Below the pieces are notes generated by a model. The model worked only from the letters and a program-made list of their open reading frames with translations, did no database searches and was not told the origin of the DNA. A program made the position numbers and the translations under genes. From positions 41,044,001 to 41,108,000 of the forward strand of contig OZ024745.1 of NCBI GenBank assembly GCA_964016885.1: DNA of 64,000 nucleotides, read 5' to 3'. This stretch comes from Eledone cirrhosa (lineage: Eukaryota). The first letter of the stretch is position 1; every line of letters starts with the position of its first letter. Shown here piece by piece: positions 51,220 to 64,000 of this stretch.

Positions 51220-51887
51220 TTATATATTTTATATTATCATATATTTTATATTATTATATATTTTTCTCATGTTCTCAATATTAAGGTATAAATATTGAGT
51301 TTTGTCATATATTACTCACTACCATGACTGAATCTTAACCATCTACTATGTCAGAGTATGTCATGCATCATCTTATTTTATCTGCTGAGGACGTACTGTT
51401 GAACTTAACTCAGTACCTCTGAAATATGTATAATAAAATATACTTGATCACAGGAATATCTATTTTGTTAATATTTTGAATTAATTTATATATATATATG
51501 TGTGTGTGTGTGTGTACATATATACTCATATATATATATATATATCAACAAATTAACTGGAAAATCGAGTTTTGAGACGCGAGTGTATTAGAATTTCCAT
51601 GAAAATGATAAAGCTCGGCATGTGGAAGCTGTTAAAACAGCAAAATACCGTCGCTGCGGCGTTGGGTAAAATATTACCTCGAAGAACAGAGATCATGGGC
51701 TCGATGTGAGTTGACACGAAGGAAAGAAGAGAGGATAGGAAGAAGGAAATAGAATGGATGAATGAGAACAGGTCACAAACATTAAAATATGCGCATCAGA
51801 TCTCAACCCCCTGCTGGTTCGACGAATTAATTCTACAGAGAAAGTAATGAGTAACAAGACGTAAGCGCAGACTTAATAGAGTATATA

Positions 51888-52649
<762 letters not shown>

Positions 52650-53037
52650 GCGTGTGTGTGTGTGTGTTTGTGTGTATGTGTGTGTGAGAGTGTGTGTGTA
52701 TATGAACATATATGTATATAAATATATACATACATAAATTTATATATGGATATATAAATGCATATATATTTAACACATTTCTATGTATATATACACACAC
52801 ACACATACAGACAAGTGGACTCTATATATATATATACAAATGAAAGTATAGAAGTTGTTGTGAGCGTGAAGCCAACAGTATTTCATAATACATATAGTCA
52901 ACTTGTCTTCCTAAATCATTTACGGTTTTCGATATTCTCTATTAAGTCTGCGCTCACGTCTTTTTACTCATGATTTCCTTCTCTGGACTCGCAGGGTCGA
53001 CATCGGCTCATTCAAAATGCAGAGCGCATACTAAGCG

Positions 53038-53069
<32 letters not shown>

Positions 53070-53579
53070 TATATATATGTATGTATATATATATATATAT
53101 ATATATATAAACAATGGAAGAAACGTAATAAAACACCACCAAGTTACAGTAAGATCTCTATTGGTTAGGCTTTCAACAATTGATAGATACAGTGTAATTC
53201 TTTAATCTAATATTGAAACCCATAGAATTTACAGAATTTTCAGCAAAGATTGCGTTGATAAATAAATCTTTTTTGACATTCCTTGCGAAAAATGTCTCTT
53301 CCAGCTCAAATTTCCAAATGGTGATCTTTGCACTAATACTATCGATCTTCTTCTGTAAATGAAGTTTATGCCAAAAGCTATGATTGCATAAGCACTGAAT
53401 CATACAATTTGCAGCTTGGAAACTCGATTAAGAATATCAAATTTTGCAGCTTTCTTCTACTGTATCTCACAAGATCTAACAAGACAGGAAATACGAACTC
53501 TCTTATTTTTAATGGTAGCAGGGAAAACAGAATGCTTGATGGCAATGACATTAGCAACCCCTGACACACACTCACACGT

Positions 53580-53645
<66 letters not shown>

Positions 53646-54363
53646 CGGGCGAGAGAGAGAGATCCGTCGGTCCCTATATTGATCCAATATGCTAGAATGA
53701 AATCGAGAAAAACTACGAAGAACGTCCATTGTATGCTTATATGGTTTCCTTATAAAACGATAAATTAGTTACGATTTTTAGGAAATAAAAATGGTTGTCC
53801 TTCTTTATTTTCTTTTTTTCTTTCTTAATTCTATATTGGCTTCTTATATAGAATATTGGTTTTGTTATATATGTTTGCTGTCTTGCTTATAAAATAGCTG
53901 TTTTATGTTTCAATCCAATTCGACATCCCTTTAACCTATTGTACCGAAATGACCTCTCTGTCCGTATGATGGCTAACATAGAATTATACTTAGTTCCTAT
54001 AGCCAGTGAAGATAGAAAAATTAATAAACAAGTAAACACTATAACCAAGATCACTTAACCGTCAAAGAGATAAATCAGTTCTTTCAGTTTATCTTCAATA
54101 GAAATTTATGTTCACCAAGGCAGAGCGCCAGTATTCGCAATTCAATCTACTCAAGTAGAGACGATTATATACTTGGTTGGTCTACTTAACATTGAGGGAA
54201 ATGACTAAGGAGCCCCTCTGTTTAACACCACCTTCGCTTTAGATCCCTGCATTCTGTCTGCCACATTAATAAGTGAATATTCAAGCAACAACTGCATTAA
54301 CATGTTCAAGTTTCTGTACCGTGTATCCATGACCATGATATATATATACTTTATATACTTCCC

Positions 54364-54431
<68 letters not shown>

Positions 54432-54436
<5 letters not shown>

Positions 54437-55333
54437 AGGATGAATATAAAATGAAAGTGCTTTTGTTAAAAAAGGAATTTATTAGGTATTGACATATGTT
54501 TCTGTAACAGACCGAATACCTATGTATCGCTGCTTGCGTAATCATATAATGTTAGCAAGCATTCGATAGCAAATGTATAATCAGTTGTCACTTCTTCAGA
54601 GATTTTGGATAAACTGGATAAAATCAGAAAAATTGAAGTATTTATATTAGTAAAAGAGGAAGGAACAGAGGGGATAGAATATGACAGATGGTAAAATAAT
54701 TTACTGCTAAACAAGTATATAATGGGTTTTTAATGAGAATACCATGAGTAAATCTAAATAAGAATTTTGGGAGTGTCAATTTTAATCTCTACTTGACCAA
54801 CTGGACAGTGGACAGGGCTGGTCATTTGGTGCAGTAGTATTAACTATAAAGTGTCAATTGGGGAAGGGGGAGATTTCGATTGCTACTAAATAACATCAAT
54901 GCTAGTATCCAGCTGGTATATGCACTAGGGAATTGAATCAAGAAATCAGAAATCTCATTTTATCTATAGCAGTTTGTATTAAAAGGTAAATAATAGAAGA
55001 GTTGATAGAATTAAGACTAATAAAGAATGTTCATATCTATTTTGACAATCAAACGGGGATAGAGACAGGCGTTCAATCCTGGTAGTATTTATAATATGAA
55101 AATGTAGATTTTAAGCGATGGTTACAGTATAACGATCGCTCTATTCTGTTATTTAATAAAATGTTTTTGGATTTCATAATACAAAATAATTCTACATTAC
55201 ATAATTTACAAAATTCCTGTCCATTGGAATATGGGAGGGCAGCCGCTATTATATCCCATTTTAGGTGAAATTGTTGGTTATTTTCACGCAGCTGCCAAGC
55301 CATGTCTGCAAGTGTTGTTACATAACGCTGGTT

Positions 55334-55337
<4 letters not shown>
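54432..55337 (-). mobile_element. 5'-truncated Naiad-like PLE (GIY-YIG C-terminus and 3' UTR with hammerhead-like motif 54487-54603)
   Basis: ORF 55073..55303 WQLRENNQQFHLKWDII...CKLCNVELFCI...LLNNRIE...CNHR; CTGAAGA...GAAA CATATG TC; (TA)n on both sides. Confidence 0.8.
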
Positions 55338-55423
<86 letters not shown>

Positions 55424-55431
<8 letters not shown>

Positions 55432-55947
55432 ATACTTTGGGAGGGCCATGTTGCCAATATGAAACACACGCACCAGTTATTTCACTTCAATTTATTATAA
55501 ATTAAATTTATAAATTTTGGAATTTATAAATTTCCGGTTGGTTGGTTGGTTGGTTCCACAACCAGATGGTTGTTCATATACTGTCAAAGTTCTTTCGTCA
55601 CACATTCTGTGACCTCTTCAGTGACTTGTTTTTTCAAAACAATATGGCGTAGGACAGAACAAAGGAGAGGCACAAAAACAAAGAAAAGGATCCCCAGTCA
55701 CTGAAGAGGTCACAGAATGTGTGACGAAAGAACTTTGACAATATATGAACAATCATCTGGTTGTGGAACCAACCAACCAACCGGACATTTATAAATTCCT
55801 AAATTTATAAATTTAATTTATAATAAATTGAAGTGAAAGCAACTGGTGCGTGTGTTTCTTATTGGCAACATGACCCTCCCAAAGTATAACAATATCGGTT
55901 TCAACACACGTTTTCAGATAAAGAATCTTGCTAAACAAATTCAGAAA

Positions 55948-55949
<2 letters not shown>
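55424..55949. mobile_element. fold-back PLE-derived insertion, family A copy 3, two hammerheads
   Basis: Arms 55424-55626 and 55696-55895; tail 55896-55949; (TA)n flanks. Confidence 0.85.
55697..55739 (+). ncRNA. minimal type I hammerhead ribozyme (mirror copy at 55583-55625, minus)
   Basis: GTCA CTGAAGA G GTCAC AGAATGT GTGAC GAAA GAAC TT TGAC. Confidence 0.8.
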
Positions 55950-55983
<34 letters not shown>

Positions 55984-56179
55984 TGGCTTCCCCCTCGTTA
56001 TCGAATATGGCCATTGCACGATTTACTATTATTAATAATTATTAATTAATTCTATCCTGCAATGCCTCTGCATGAGATATTTTTTGAAGTGAGGAAAGAC
56101 AGTACACTGAACCAATCCCACTCTCTGAGCGACAGTAGCTATAACCCGAAAAAAAGAAAAGATCAACATTATCGGTAAC

Positions 56180-56590
56180 TACTGAGTCGGAGTTATCCCA
56201 GTTTCCTGAGTTGCCTTCTCCTAGAAGAATGCCCTGACAAAGGCTAGAGGTCCTTCACTCCTAATGGATATCCGCGCGATCGGGTGTCCAGCCCGACTAT
56301 TTCTATGTCTCCGCGCATTTACATACACATGCACCCATGCAGAAACATATACATATACATATACATACATATGTACACGTGTCTATACATATTTACACAC
56401 TTTCGGATGGATGTTGACACTTATGAGTTCTTCTGCCCTTTGACAGGTATTGTTTTATGTCCTGCATAGTGTCCAAAATCGTCCTCCTCACCAAGTAAAC
56501 TTGGTGGGGTTGCCGGTTTAGTCGCCGACGACCCGATCATGCGACAGGCTGTACTGGGTTAAATGTTACCAGTAGCACTCAATAGTGACC
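56180..56590 (-). mobile_element. possible RTE-like LINE 5' UTR remnant
   Basis: GAGTTGCCTTCTCCTAG...AAGGCTAGAG and GGGTTGCCGGTTTAGTCGCCGACGACCCG resemble RTE 5' regions; from recollection only. Confidence 0.3.
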
Positions 56591-56656
56591 CGACATATAT
56601 ACATATATATATATTTTCATTATTTTCATTTTACGTCCGCTTTCCCTGCCTGTATG

Positions 56657-56699
<43 letters not shown>

Positions 56700-56703
<4 letters not shown>

Positions 56704-56880
56704 GTTTCTACTTTTGGCATAAGGCCAGCAATTACCCAGTGCATTACTGGTACTTTATTTTATCGACCCTGTAAGAATGAAAGGCAAAGTTAACCTCGGC
56801 GGGATTTGAACTTAAAATGGAAAGGGGCGTAACTCTATGCGTCAACGTATGGCATCCGACCCTCTACTGATACTGCCAAT
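56700..56880 (-). mobile_element. SINE copy
   Basis: Matches consensus. Confidence 0.88.
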
Positions 56881-59352
56881 ATATAATAAGGAGTTGACGG
56901 ACCCAGCATATTTATCAATGCCAATATATTGAATATTGTAAATTCTATCGACTTTTAAATTGTATTAGCAATGTCGTTTGAGCGTAGCAAACAAGTTATT
57001 GCACTATGTTTTCCTCATCAGTGAGATCTGACTTTAAAACCCACCGAGGCCAAAATTGGTTTTCCTCCTTTTGGAAATGAAACGCCAATCCAGAACGTGG
57101 ATTGACATAATTCTTATAGTGTCAGGTAAAATATATACCAATTTTTGCTCGATGTTTGTCTTTATATACCTGACATAGTGGATGTGAGCATACCTGCGTG
57201 GTTAAGAGGTACGTTTCTCTATCCTAACGTTCCTGATTCAAACGTATTGCACAAAAGCTTTGACAAGTGTCTGTGTCATAAACCTAAATAGTCTCACCAT
57301 ATCTGTGTATGATTTGTTTGATTGAAACTGTTTGGATGTTGCTGAATAGCTTGTACCTGTAATTCAAAGCTCCAGATTGGTCACATAGTATCTCATACTG
57401 AATGAGCTTAAGAACTAGTGCAAAGTACATGACTCTGTGGAATACTCAAATACTTACATTTGATTCACGTGCTGCAGGTTGAGTTTACTAACCTTTCGAA
57501 TGATCATGACATCTGATGGTGGAATCACGATCATCTTAAAATTCACGATGGGGAAATGGAAAGTACATCATTCTTTATAATTCTGTGTGCCATAATTAAC
57601 TCGGGACTAATAATAACAATAACATCTTCATTCGATGTAGTTGACTGTTCTTCCTCTCCCAATTTGCTGGCCTTATACCTAAATTAGAAACGATGAATTG
57701 CATGTATCTGTGGTTCTTTAGCTCCAAGTCAACTTTCACTGAAAAGACGACCTGTGATTAAAGATGTTGCAGCTGTGTCAATCCTCTCTAATATTCACAC
57801 ATATCTTATATAACACTAAATTATACAATGTGTTTTCGTGTTTTAAAAACTATGATGCGATTTTAGGATGTTATTTATTGTCATTTCTTGCTGGTCGATA
57901 ACCGCATGGAGAGTCATTTGGACAGAAAACAATGAGATATTTATAATTAGGGATATTACAGACCACTATGCAAAGAACCGTCAATTAACCCTTTTTTATT
58001 TGATCTCCAGAGGGAATTCCTATCAGCATTACCTATAAATTTTGTATGGTGTATTTCGAGGCTGTAAACCAGTATTTCGAAACACAACTTTACATTGCAG
58101 TTCGCAAGCACCAGATATCTATCATTTTGTATTGTTATTTAAAATCACTTTAGTAAATGAATCTTTCTCGTGGTAGTGTTTATGATGGATTTCAAATAGT
58201 TATTAAGACGTCTGATCATGTTTACGTGAATAATAAATCTTTGATAGTCAACCTGCCAGATCTTACTGTCGCTTTATTTTAAACCAAATTATCGATATCC
58301 GCTTTATCACATATAGACATAAGAACAAGAGATTTGGTGGTTGGAATTCTATAAATCATTTTACTCAGTTACCAAAAGCATTCATCGTGTTTTCAAAATT
58401 GGAGCTCGGCTACCTCGTCAAGAGATGTAATAGTTAATGCAACAGTTGCTATATACCAATATATTTTCATACATGTTTTTGTTACTTCTCAGTTGTTTGT
58501 CTTGATACCAGAATCGATTGCGGACACATTAGGCGCTTCTCTTTTTTTCCATTAGTGAAATTCTGTAGCTTTCTGGATACGGCTGATGAAAATAAATGAA
58601 TATTGAATTTTTGCGAAGTTCACTAATACTCTTTCGCTACGAGAAGAGATTATGACCACAAGATCACGAAGACATATAACATCGATGGGTGTGTGTGTGT
58701 GTGGGTGTGTGTGTGTGTGTGTGTGTGTGTGTCTTTGTGTGTGTGTGTGTGTCTGTGTGTGTCTGTATCTGTGTGTGGCTGTGTGTCTGTGTGTCTGTGT
58801 GTAAGCAAAGATTTTTAAACGGAGATATCCACATAGCTTTGGCTAAACAAGTGGCTGGGAACCTCAATGAGTTGTTATGGTTATTAATCACTCAGCTCAA
58901 ATTGATCTAATGTAAAGCCAGCGACGTAAAATCCGAAAGAGAGGAGAATAACCGGCATCACAGACCATTAATACATATTTAAAGGGAAACAAAGGCTCTT
59001 ATAAATTTAACACATCGTTATTTTATCCTACAAGCTTTTCACTAATGATATGGAATCCATAATCGATAATTTCGATGAATTAATTACTTTCACTCATCGA
59101 TGCATTCGGAATAATATAGTTAATGTTGAAAGAGTGCCTTAGAGTGGGGAATAAGAATACAATTTAAATAAAAGTAAAAAGCACAATGTCATAGGTAATG
59201 ATTTGATATCTTTTTTATTTCTATACTTAATATCTACAAGAAGAGCACCTTTAAACATTAAATTCGTTATTCCTCATGTGGTCATGAAAGTAAGTAATTA
59301 ATTAATCAAGATTATCGACAATGGATGACTTCGCATTATTGAATCATATATG

Positions 59353-59402
<50 letters not shown>

Positions 59403-59408
<6 letters not shown>

Positions 59409-60532
59409 AAGAGTGAAGAATAACATGGTCAACAGTACTAAAAGGGTTTTATTTACAGTATTAGCAATTGTTTCATTGATTAAGTTGTCTAAACATTGCT
59501 AATCACTTGAAGTTGTGTCACTCAATTTTAAATACAATGTATGCTTAATCAAATCATCTGAAAAACTGATTAAAATTATACACGGCGTTTGTAAAATACT
59601 AGGAAAATTCAAATCACAACATCAGTAATAAAGAAAGAAAAAGGAAAAAAGAAAAGAAAAAGAGAGAGAGAAAAAGAAAAAAAAGAAAAAAGAAAAAAGA
59701 TAAAGAAAAAATAATAAATAAATAATAATAAATAAGTTAGAATGAAGATGATAAAAAATAGAAATTAAGTAAAACAAATGTATATGTGTGTGAAGAAAAT
59801 TGAACATAATATGATTCTTGAAAATAGTTGTGGGGATGGTAGGGGTGGTCAAAATATAAAAATGTGATGGTATAAACATAAAAATACTAAATACATACAT
59901 ATATGTATTGGTTAAATTATATTATGAAGAAATAATACAGTGCTAAATAAAGGGTAAATTAGTCAGTTAATAAATTGGATGTTATGTTAGAAGTGAAGAG
60001 AACACGATAGGATATAATGGAAGAGGTGAAATAGTTTTAGGCAAAGAGAGTTAAAGAAACAAAAGTTAGGAGGTTATGATGTTGAATCAGTGATTAGTAG
60101 ATTTATTGACAGTTAGTAATAATTGTTTCTACTTTAGGCACGAGGCCAGCAATTACCCAGTGCATTACTGGTACTTTATTTTATCGACCCCGTAAGGATG
60201 AAAGGCAAAGTCAACCTCGCTGGGATTTGAACTCAGATCGTAAACAGACGTAACTATGCTGGAAAGCATGGCGTCCGGCCCTCTACCGATACTGCCAATC
60301 CACCGAATGGATTATTATAATAGACTCAGGTGGTACAGTTTGAATTATGGAATTGTTGGGTCGAGTCAAGTTAGTTTGAAATTAGTGAATTTAGTAGCTG
60401 CTTTATGCCTACAGAAAACTGACCGCTCTATTTTGCTGTTAAACAGCATTTTGTCATATTTTAAAATATGGAGCAACTCTATATTGCAAAGTCCGCAATG
60501 GGACATTCCATTTCTGTAGGCCTTTGCCCCTG

Positions 60533-60535
<3 letters not shown>
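59403..60535 (-). mobile_element. 5'-truncated Naiad-like PLE with nested SINE and decayed hammerhead (59455-59555)
   Basis: AKAYRNGMSHCGLCNIELLHIL...LFNSKIERSVFCRHK (60366-60530); CAGATGA T TTGATTAAG...CTTAATCAA T GAAA CAATTG; (TA)n on both sides. Confidence 0.75.
60121..60305 (-). mobile_element. SINE copy, nearly identical to 543-727
   Basis: Matches consensus. Confidence 0.9.
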
Positions 60536-60569
<34 letters not shown>

Positions 60570-60577
<8 letters not shown>

Positions 60578-61200
60578 ACGTTATAAAGAAAGAAGAAACA
60601 TTAGACATAACATTAAAAAAATATAATATACCTAAATTCCTTCATTATCCTCGACTACGTAGTTTCGTGGCTACTTCGAAAAAACATTACATCATAGAGA
60701 TGCAGTATTTTTGTGAGGTTTGCCCCTGAAGTGTAGTGACTGCTATAAAGCTTACACTACCCACACTTCTCGCCCTCCTAGCCAACTCGTCTATGCCTTG
60801 TGGTATTTTTCTCTTGGTTGTAAGAGGCTTAACTCTGTTTCTTGACCGCTGTATCACGTGATAAGTTCCCCCTCCGCCTTTCGGGATTCTATCTCGCGTC
60901 CTATGGACGTGTTTTGAAACTCTAATTGAGGTATTCTCTTGATAAGTCGGCAAACCTCACCAAAATACTGCATCTCTATGATGTAATGTTTTTGCAAATT
61001 AGCCAATGAAACTACGTAGTCGAGGATAATGAAGGAATTTAGGTATATTATATTTTTTTATTTTATGTACAATGTTTCTTCTTTCTTTATAACATATTAT
61101 ATAGCTATGATATTGAATCAATCTAATCCATTCAGATTATTTTGTCCCTATTATTCATAGAGCCACAACGGTTAAGGTTGGCACCACACAAATTCAGGGA
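60570..61200. mobile_element. family G fold-back element with decayed hammerhead
   Basis: 60570-60724 is inverted at 60949-61103; ATTCTC TTGATAA...GAAA CTACGTAG TC GAGGAT at 60933-61027. Confidence 0.7.
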
Positions 61201-61382
61201 TATATGTGGGTATATGCATGTATATGTATATGTATGTATTCGCATGTGTCTGAGTATTTCTTGTATTGTATATATATATATACGAGGAACGATCGACTTT
61301 CGTCAAATAGGACCGAGGGAACAATGTTTCCGTTGGTCTTTCCAATTGCTAATACTATCTATCGGTCGCAACTCCAGGTAGA

Positions 61383-61500
61383 AGGAGCAGCGTGAAATAA
61401 AGTGTCTTGCTCAAGGACATAACACATCGCCTGGTCCAGGAATCGAACTCACAACCTTACGATTGCGAATCCAATTCTCTAACCACTCAGCCACACGCCT
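61383..61500 (-). mobile_element. 5' part of a second tRNA-derived SINE family
   Basis: Minus strand GGCGTGTGGCTGAGTGGTTAG (A-box)...GAGTTCGATTCC (B-box)...GTCCTTGAGCAAGACACTT. Confidence 0.75.
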
Positions 61501-61561
<61 letters not shown>

Positions 61562-61583
61562 ATATATATATACATTTATATAA

Positions 61584-61692
<109 letters not shown>

Positions 61693-61792
61693 CGTGCGTG
61701 TGTGTGCGTGTGTGCGTCCCGGGTTTAATCTTGGGTAACCGCAGTAAGTAACGTACTCAGTACATAGCATAGTATGAATTTGTAATATAGAA

Positions 61793-61897
61793 AATGCTTC
61801 TACAGGAATAGAACTGTTTCATTCGAAGGAAATCACAGAAAAGCTTTCCTGGTGATTTCCTTCGAATGTAACAGTTCTAGTCCTGTAGATGCCATTT
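61793..61897. repeat. imperfect palindrome, probable fold-back remnant
   Basis: TCTACAGGAATAGAACTGTTTCATTCGAAGGAAATCAC / GTGATTTCCTTCGAATGTAACAGTTCTAGTCCTGTAGA. Confidence 0.7.
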
Positions 61898-62335
61898 GAA
61901 TATTAAATATATATATGTATATCTCTATATATATCTATATATATATATATGTGTGTGTGTGTGTTTTATGTGTGTGCGTGTGTGTGTGTGTTGGTGCGTG
62001 TGTGTATGTGTGTGTGTCTATATATATCAAATGAAACGGTTTGTAAAATTCGTAAAATTGGAGCGTTCTCAGCGCGATGTGTAGCCGTGAACAGCTGGAT
62101 ACTCCATGTTTGAGTAACAATTCGTAGTTAAGGATAGAAATCAGCGGCTGGGGGAAATGGTTAAAATCTGACCTTGAAATATTACATACTGCTTTTGTTC
62201 AGTAAATATACATAAACTAAATTCAAGCAAAAATGAAAGTGAATTCAACATATATATGCAATTATATGTGTTTTTGTGTTTGTTTCTGTGTATATATGTG
62301 TGTATGCGTATGTGTGTGTGTATGTGTGTGTATGT

Positions 62336-62367
<32 letters not shown>

Positions 62368-62948
62368 TGTGTATGTGTGCGTGTGTGTGTGTGTGTGTAT
62401 GTGTGCGTGTATCTATGTGAGTGTACCTGTGCCTTTGTTTGTGTGTATCTAATTATTTAGTCTTTATTTTCACGCGATGCATGACTTGTTCAAGACACAC
62501 CTATCGCCTCGCGAAAAACGAATCAATATTGCATGAGATTATGTGAGTAAAGATGTATGCTCGTTTGAATGTAAGAATTTGTGTTTGTAAAATTTAGATT
62601 ATAAATGAAGCGAAAGAAAACTTAAATATCTTAAGGAAAATTTAACTATAGAGACAGACAATGGTGGAATGCAATCTGAACAATATGAATAACTACTAAA
62701 ATAATGCTAACGACAACATCATTAACAACAACGAGTGCAATGACTACAACAATTATAGCAGCACGAAAACAAGAACGATAGCAATAATAACACTAGTAAT
62801 AACAGCAGCACCAATATCTACAATAATAATAATGCCAATAGCGGCAACAGCAATAACTACCATATTAGCAACAGCGAGACATTACAAGAACAATTACAGC
62901 AACGCAACAGCAATGAAAATAATGGTAATCCCATCAACAGTAATAATG

Positions 62949-63127
62949 GCTTCTACTTTTGGCACAAGGTCAGCAATTATCCCAGTGTATTAGTGGTACT
63001 TAATTTTATCGACCCCGTAAGGATGAAAGGCAAAGTTAAGCTCGGCGGGATTTCAACTCAGATCATAAAGGGGCGTAACTCTATGCTGCAAAACGTGGCG
63101 TCCAACCTTCTACCAATTCTGCCAATC
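62949..63127 (-). mobile_element. SINE copy
   Basis: Matches consensus. Confidence 0.85.
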
Positions 63128-63792
63128 TCCTGCCCTTTGCCAATCCCCCAATGGCCTCTGATTTTGGCACGAGTTCAGCAATTATTGGGGAGGGGAAGTC
63201 GATTAAGCCGACTCCAGTCCGTTACTGGTTCTTTAATTTATAGCGCCAGTAACAATATCAGTAATAATAACGCTAAAAGTAACAGCACTAACAACACCAA
63301 CATTAGCAACAACATTAACAATAACAGGAATTCCAGCAACAACAGTGACGAATAACAATACCAACAACAGTGGCATTAACTACAGCCATAAAAACCAAAA
63401 TGCAAAGGCAACAGTTTCAAACCCAACAATACGAATAACAGGAGGAATAGCAACAAGAGGAACACCAATAACACCAATAACAACAATATCACAAATTCAA
63501 AGTTCAAAAACAGAACAACTTAAATTTATAGAGAACTCGTTAGCAAAGAATTAATTACACTGGTAAAAGATTTGAAAATATCACGGGTGGAACAACTGTA
63601 GTAGCAACAACAGTATCAACGTCAGCATCGTTGTCGCTATCATTATTACTACCATCACCATCATCATCATCATCACCATCATCATCACCATCATCATTCT
63701 CATCCCTCTACCATCATTTTCCTCATCATTGTATTTCGTCCTCTCCCATCACCATTGTAGTATCAAAATCAAAAACAATTTCGCGGTATTAT

Positions 63793-63983
63793 AGCGCTGG
63801 ATTGGCAGTATCGGTAGAAGGTCGGACGCCATGCTTTGACGCATAGAGTTACGGCCCTTACTATTCTGAGTTCAAATCCCGCCGAGGTTAACTTTGCCTT
63901 TCAACCTTACGGGGTCGATAAAATAAAGTACCTGTAATGCACTGGGTATTTGCTGGCCTTGTGCCAGAAAGTAGAAACAATTA
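63793..63983 (+). mobile_element. SINE copy
   Basis: GGATTGGCAGTATCGG...GAGTTCAAATCC...GTAGAAACAATTA. Confidence 0.9.
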
Positions 63984-64000
63984 TAACGTAAAACTTGTTC

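Larger units (their letters stand above)
50003..51485. mobile_element. family D fold-back element with hammerhead-bearing inverted arms and nested SINE
   Basis: 50099-50240 is inverted at 51343-51483; tail 50003-50098; (TA)n flanks. Confidence 0.75.

Noticed and set aside
59045-59340. Old fold-back element
   Set aside because: Inverted similarity is visible but too degenerate to assign, and no ribozyme core was found.

Overview
AT-rich, microsatellite-saturated eukaryotic DNA; the repeat repertoire suggests an octopus or other coleoid cephalopod (inference). I can support no host protein-coding gene, and most ORF-track entries are translations of (TA)n/(CA)n/(GAA)n tracts. The window is a patchwork of transposable elements: about 20 copies of a tRNA-headed Meta-domain-like SINE; one near full-length but frameshifted L1/Tx1-clade LINE (37663-43500, minus) plus three relatives; R4/Dong-like, Tc1/mariner and RTE-like relics. 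The main signal is a dense set of Penelope-like elements (PLEs: RT with YRDD plus C-terminal GIY-YIG, Naiad-like) and short non-coding derivatives from about 10 sequence families. Nearly all sit inside (TA)n tracts. Most are asymmetric fold-back (palindromic) insertions in which one arm carries an extra 3' tail. Most carry a type I hammerhead ribozyme (CTGANGA...GAAA...NUH), with about 20 intact or decayed motifs read by eye. These ribozymes have family-specific palindromic stem/loop III sequences, and several have a very long stem II. In the largest element (3368-9160) the 3' tail is identical to the 5' leader of the ORF, which points to a circular or tandem RNA template, possibly primed from both ends of a cut (TA)n target. 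All motifs and alignments were read manually and need computational and biochemical confirmation.
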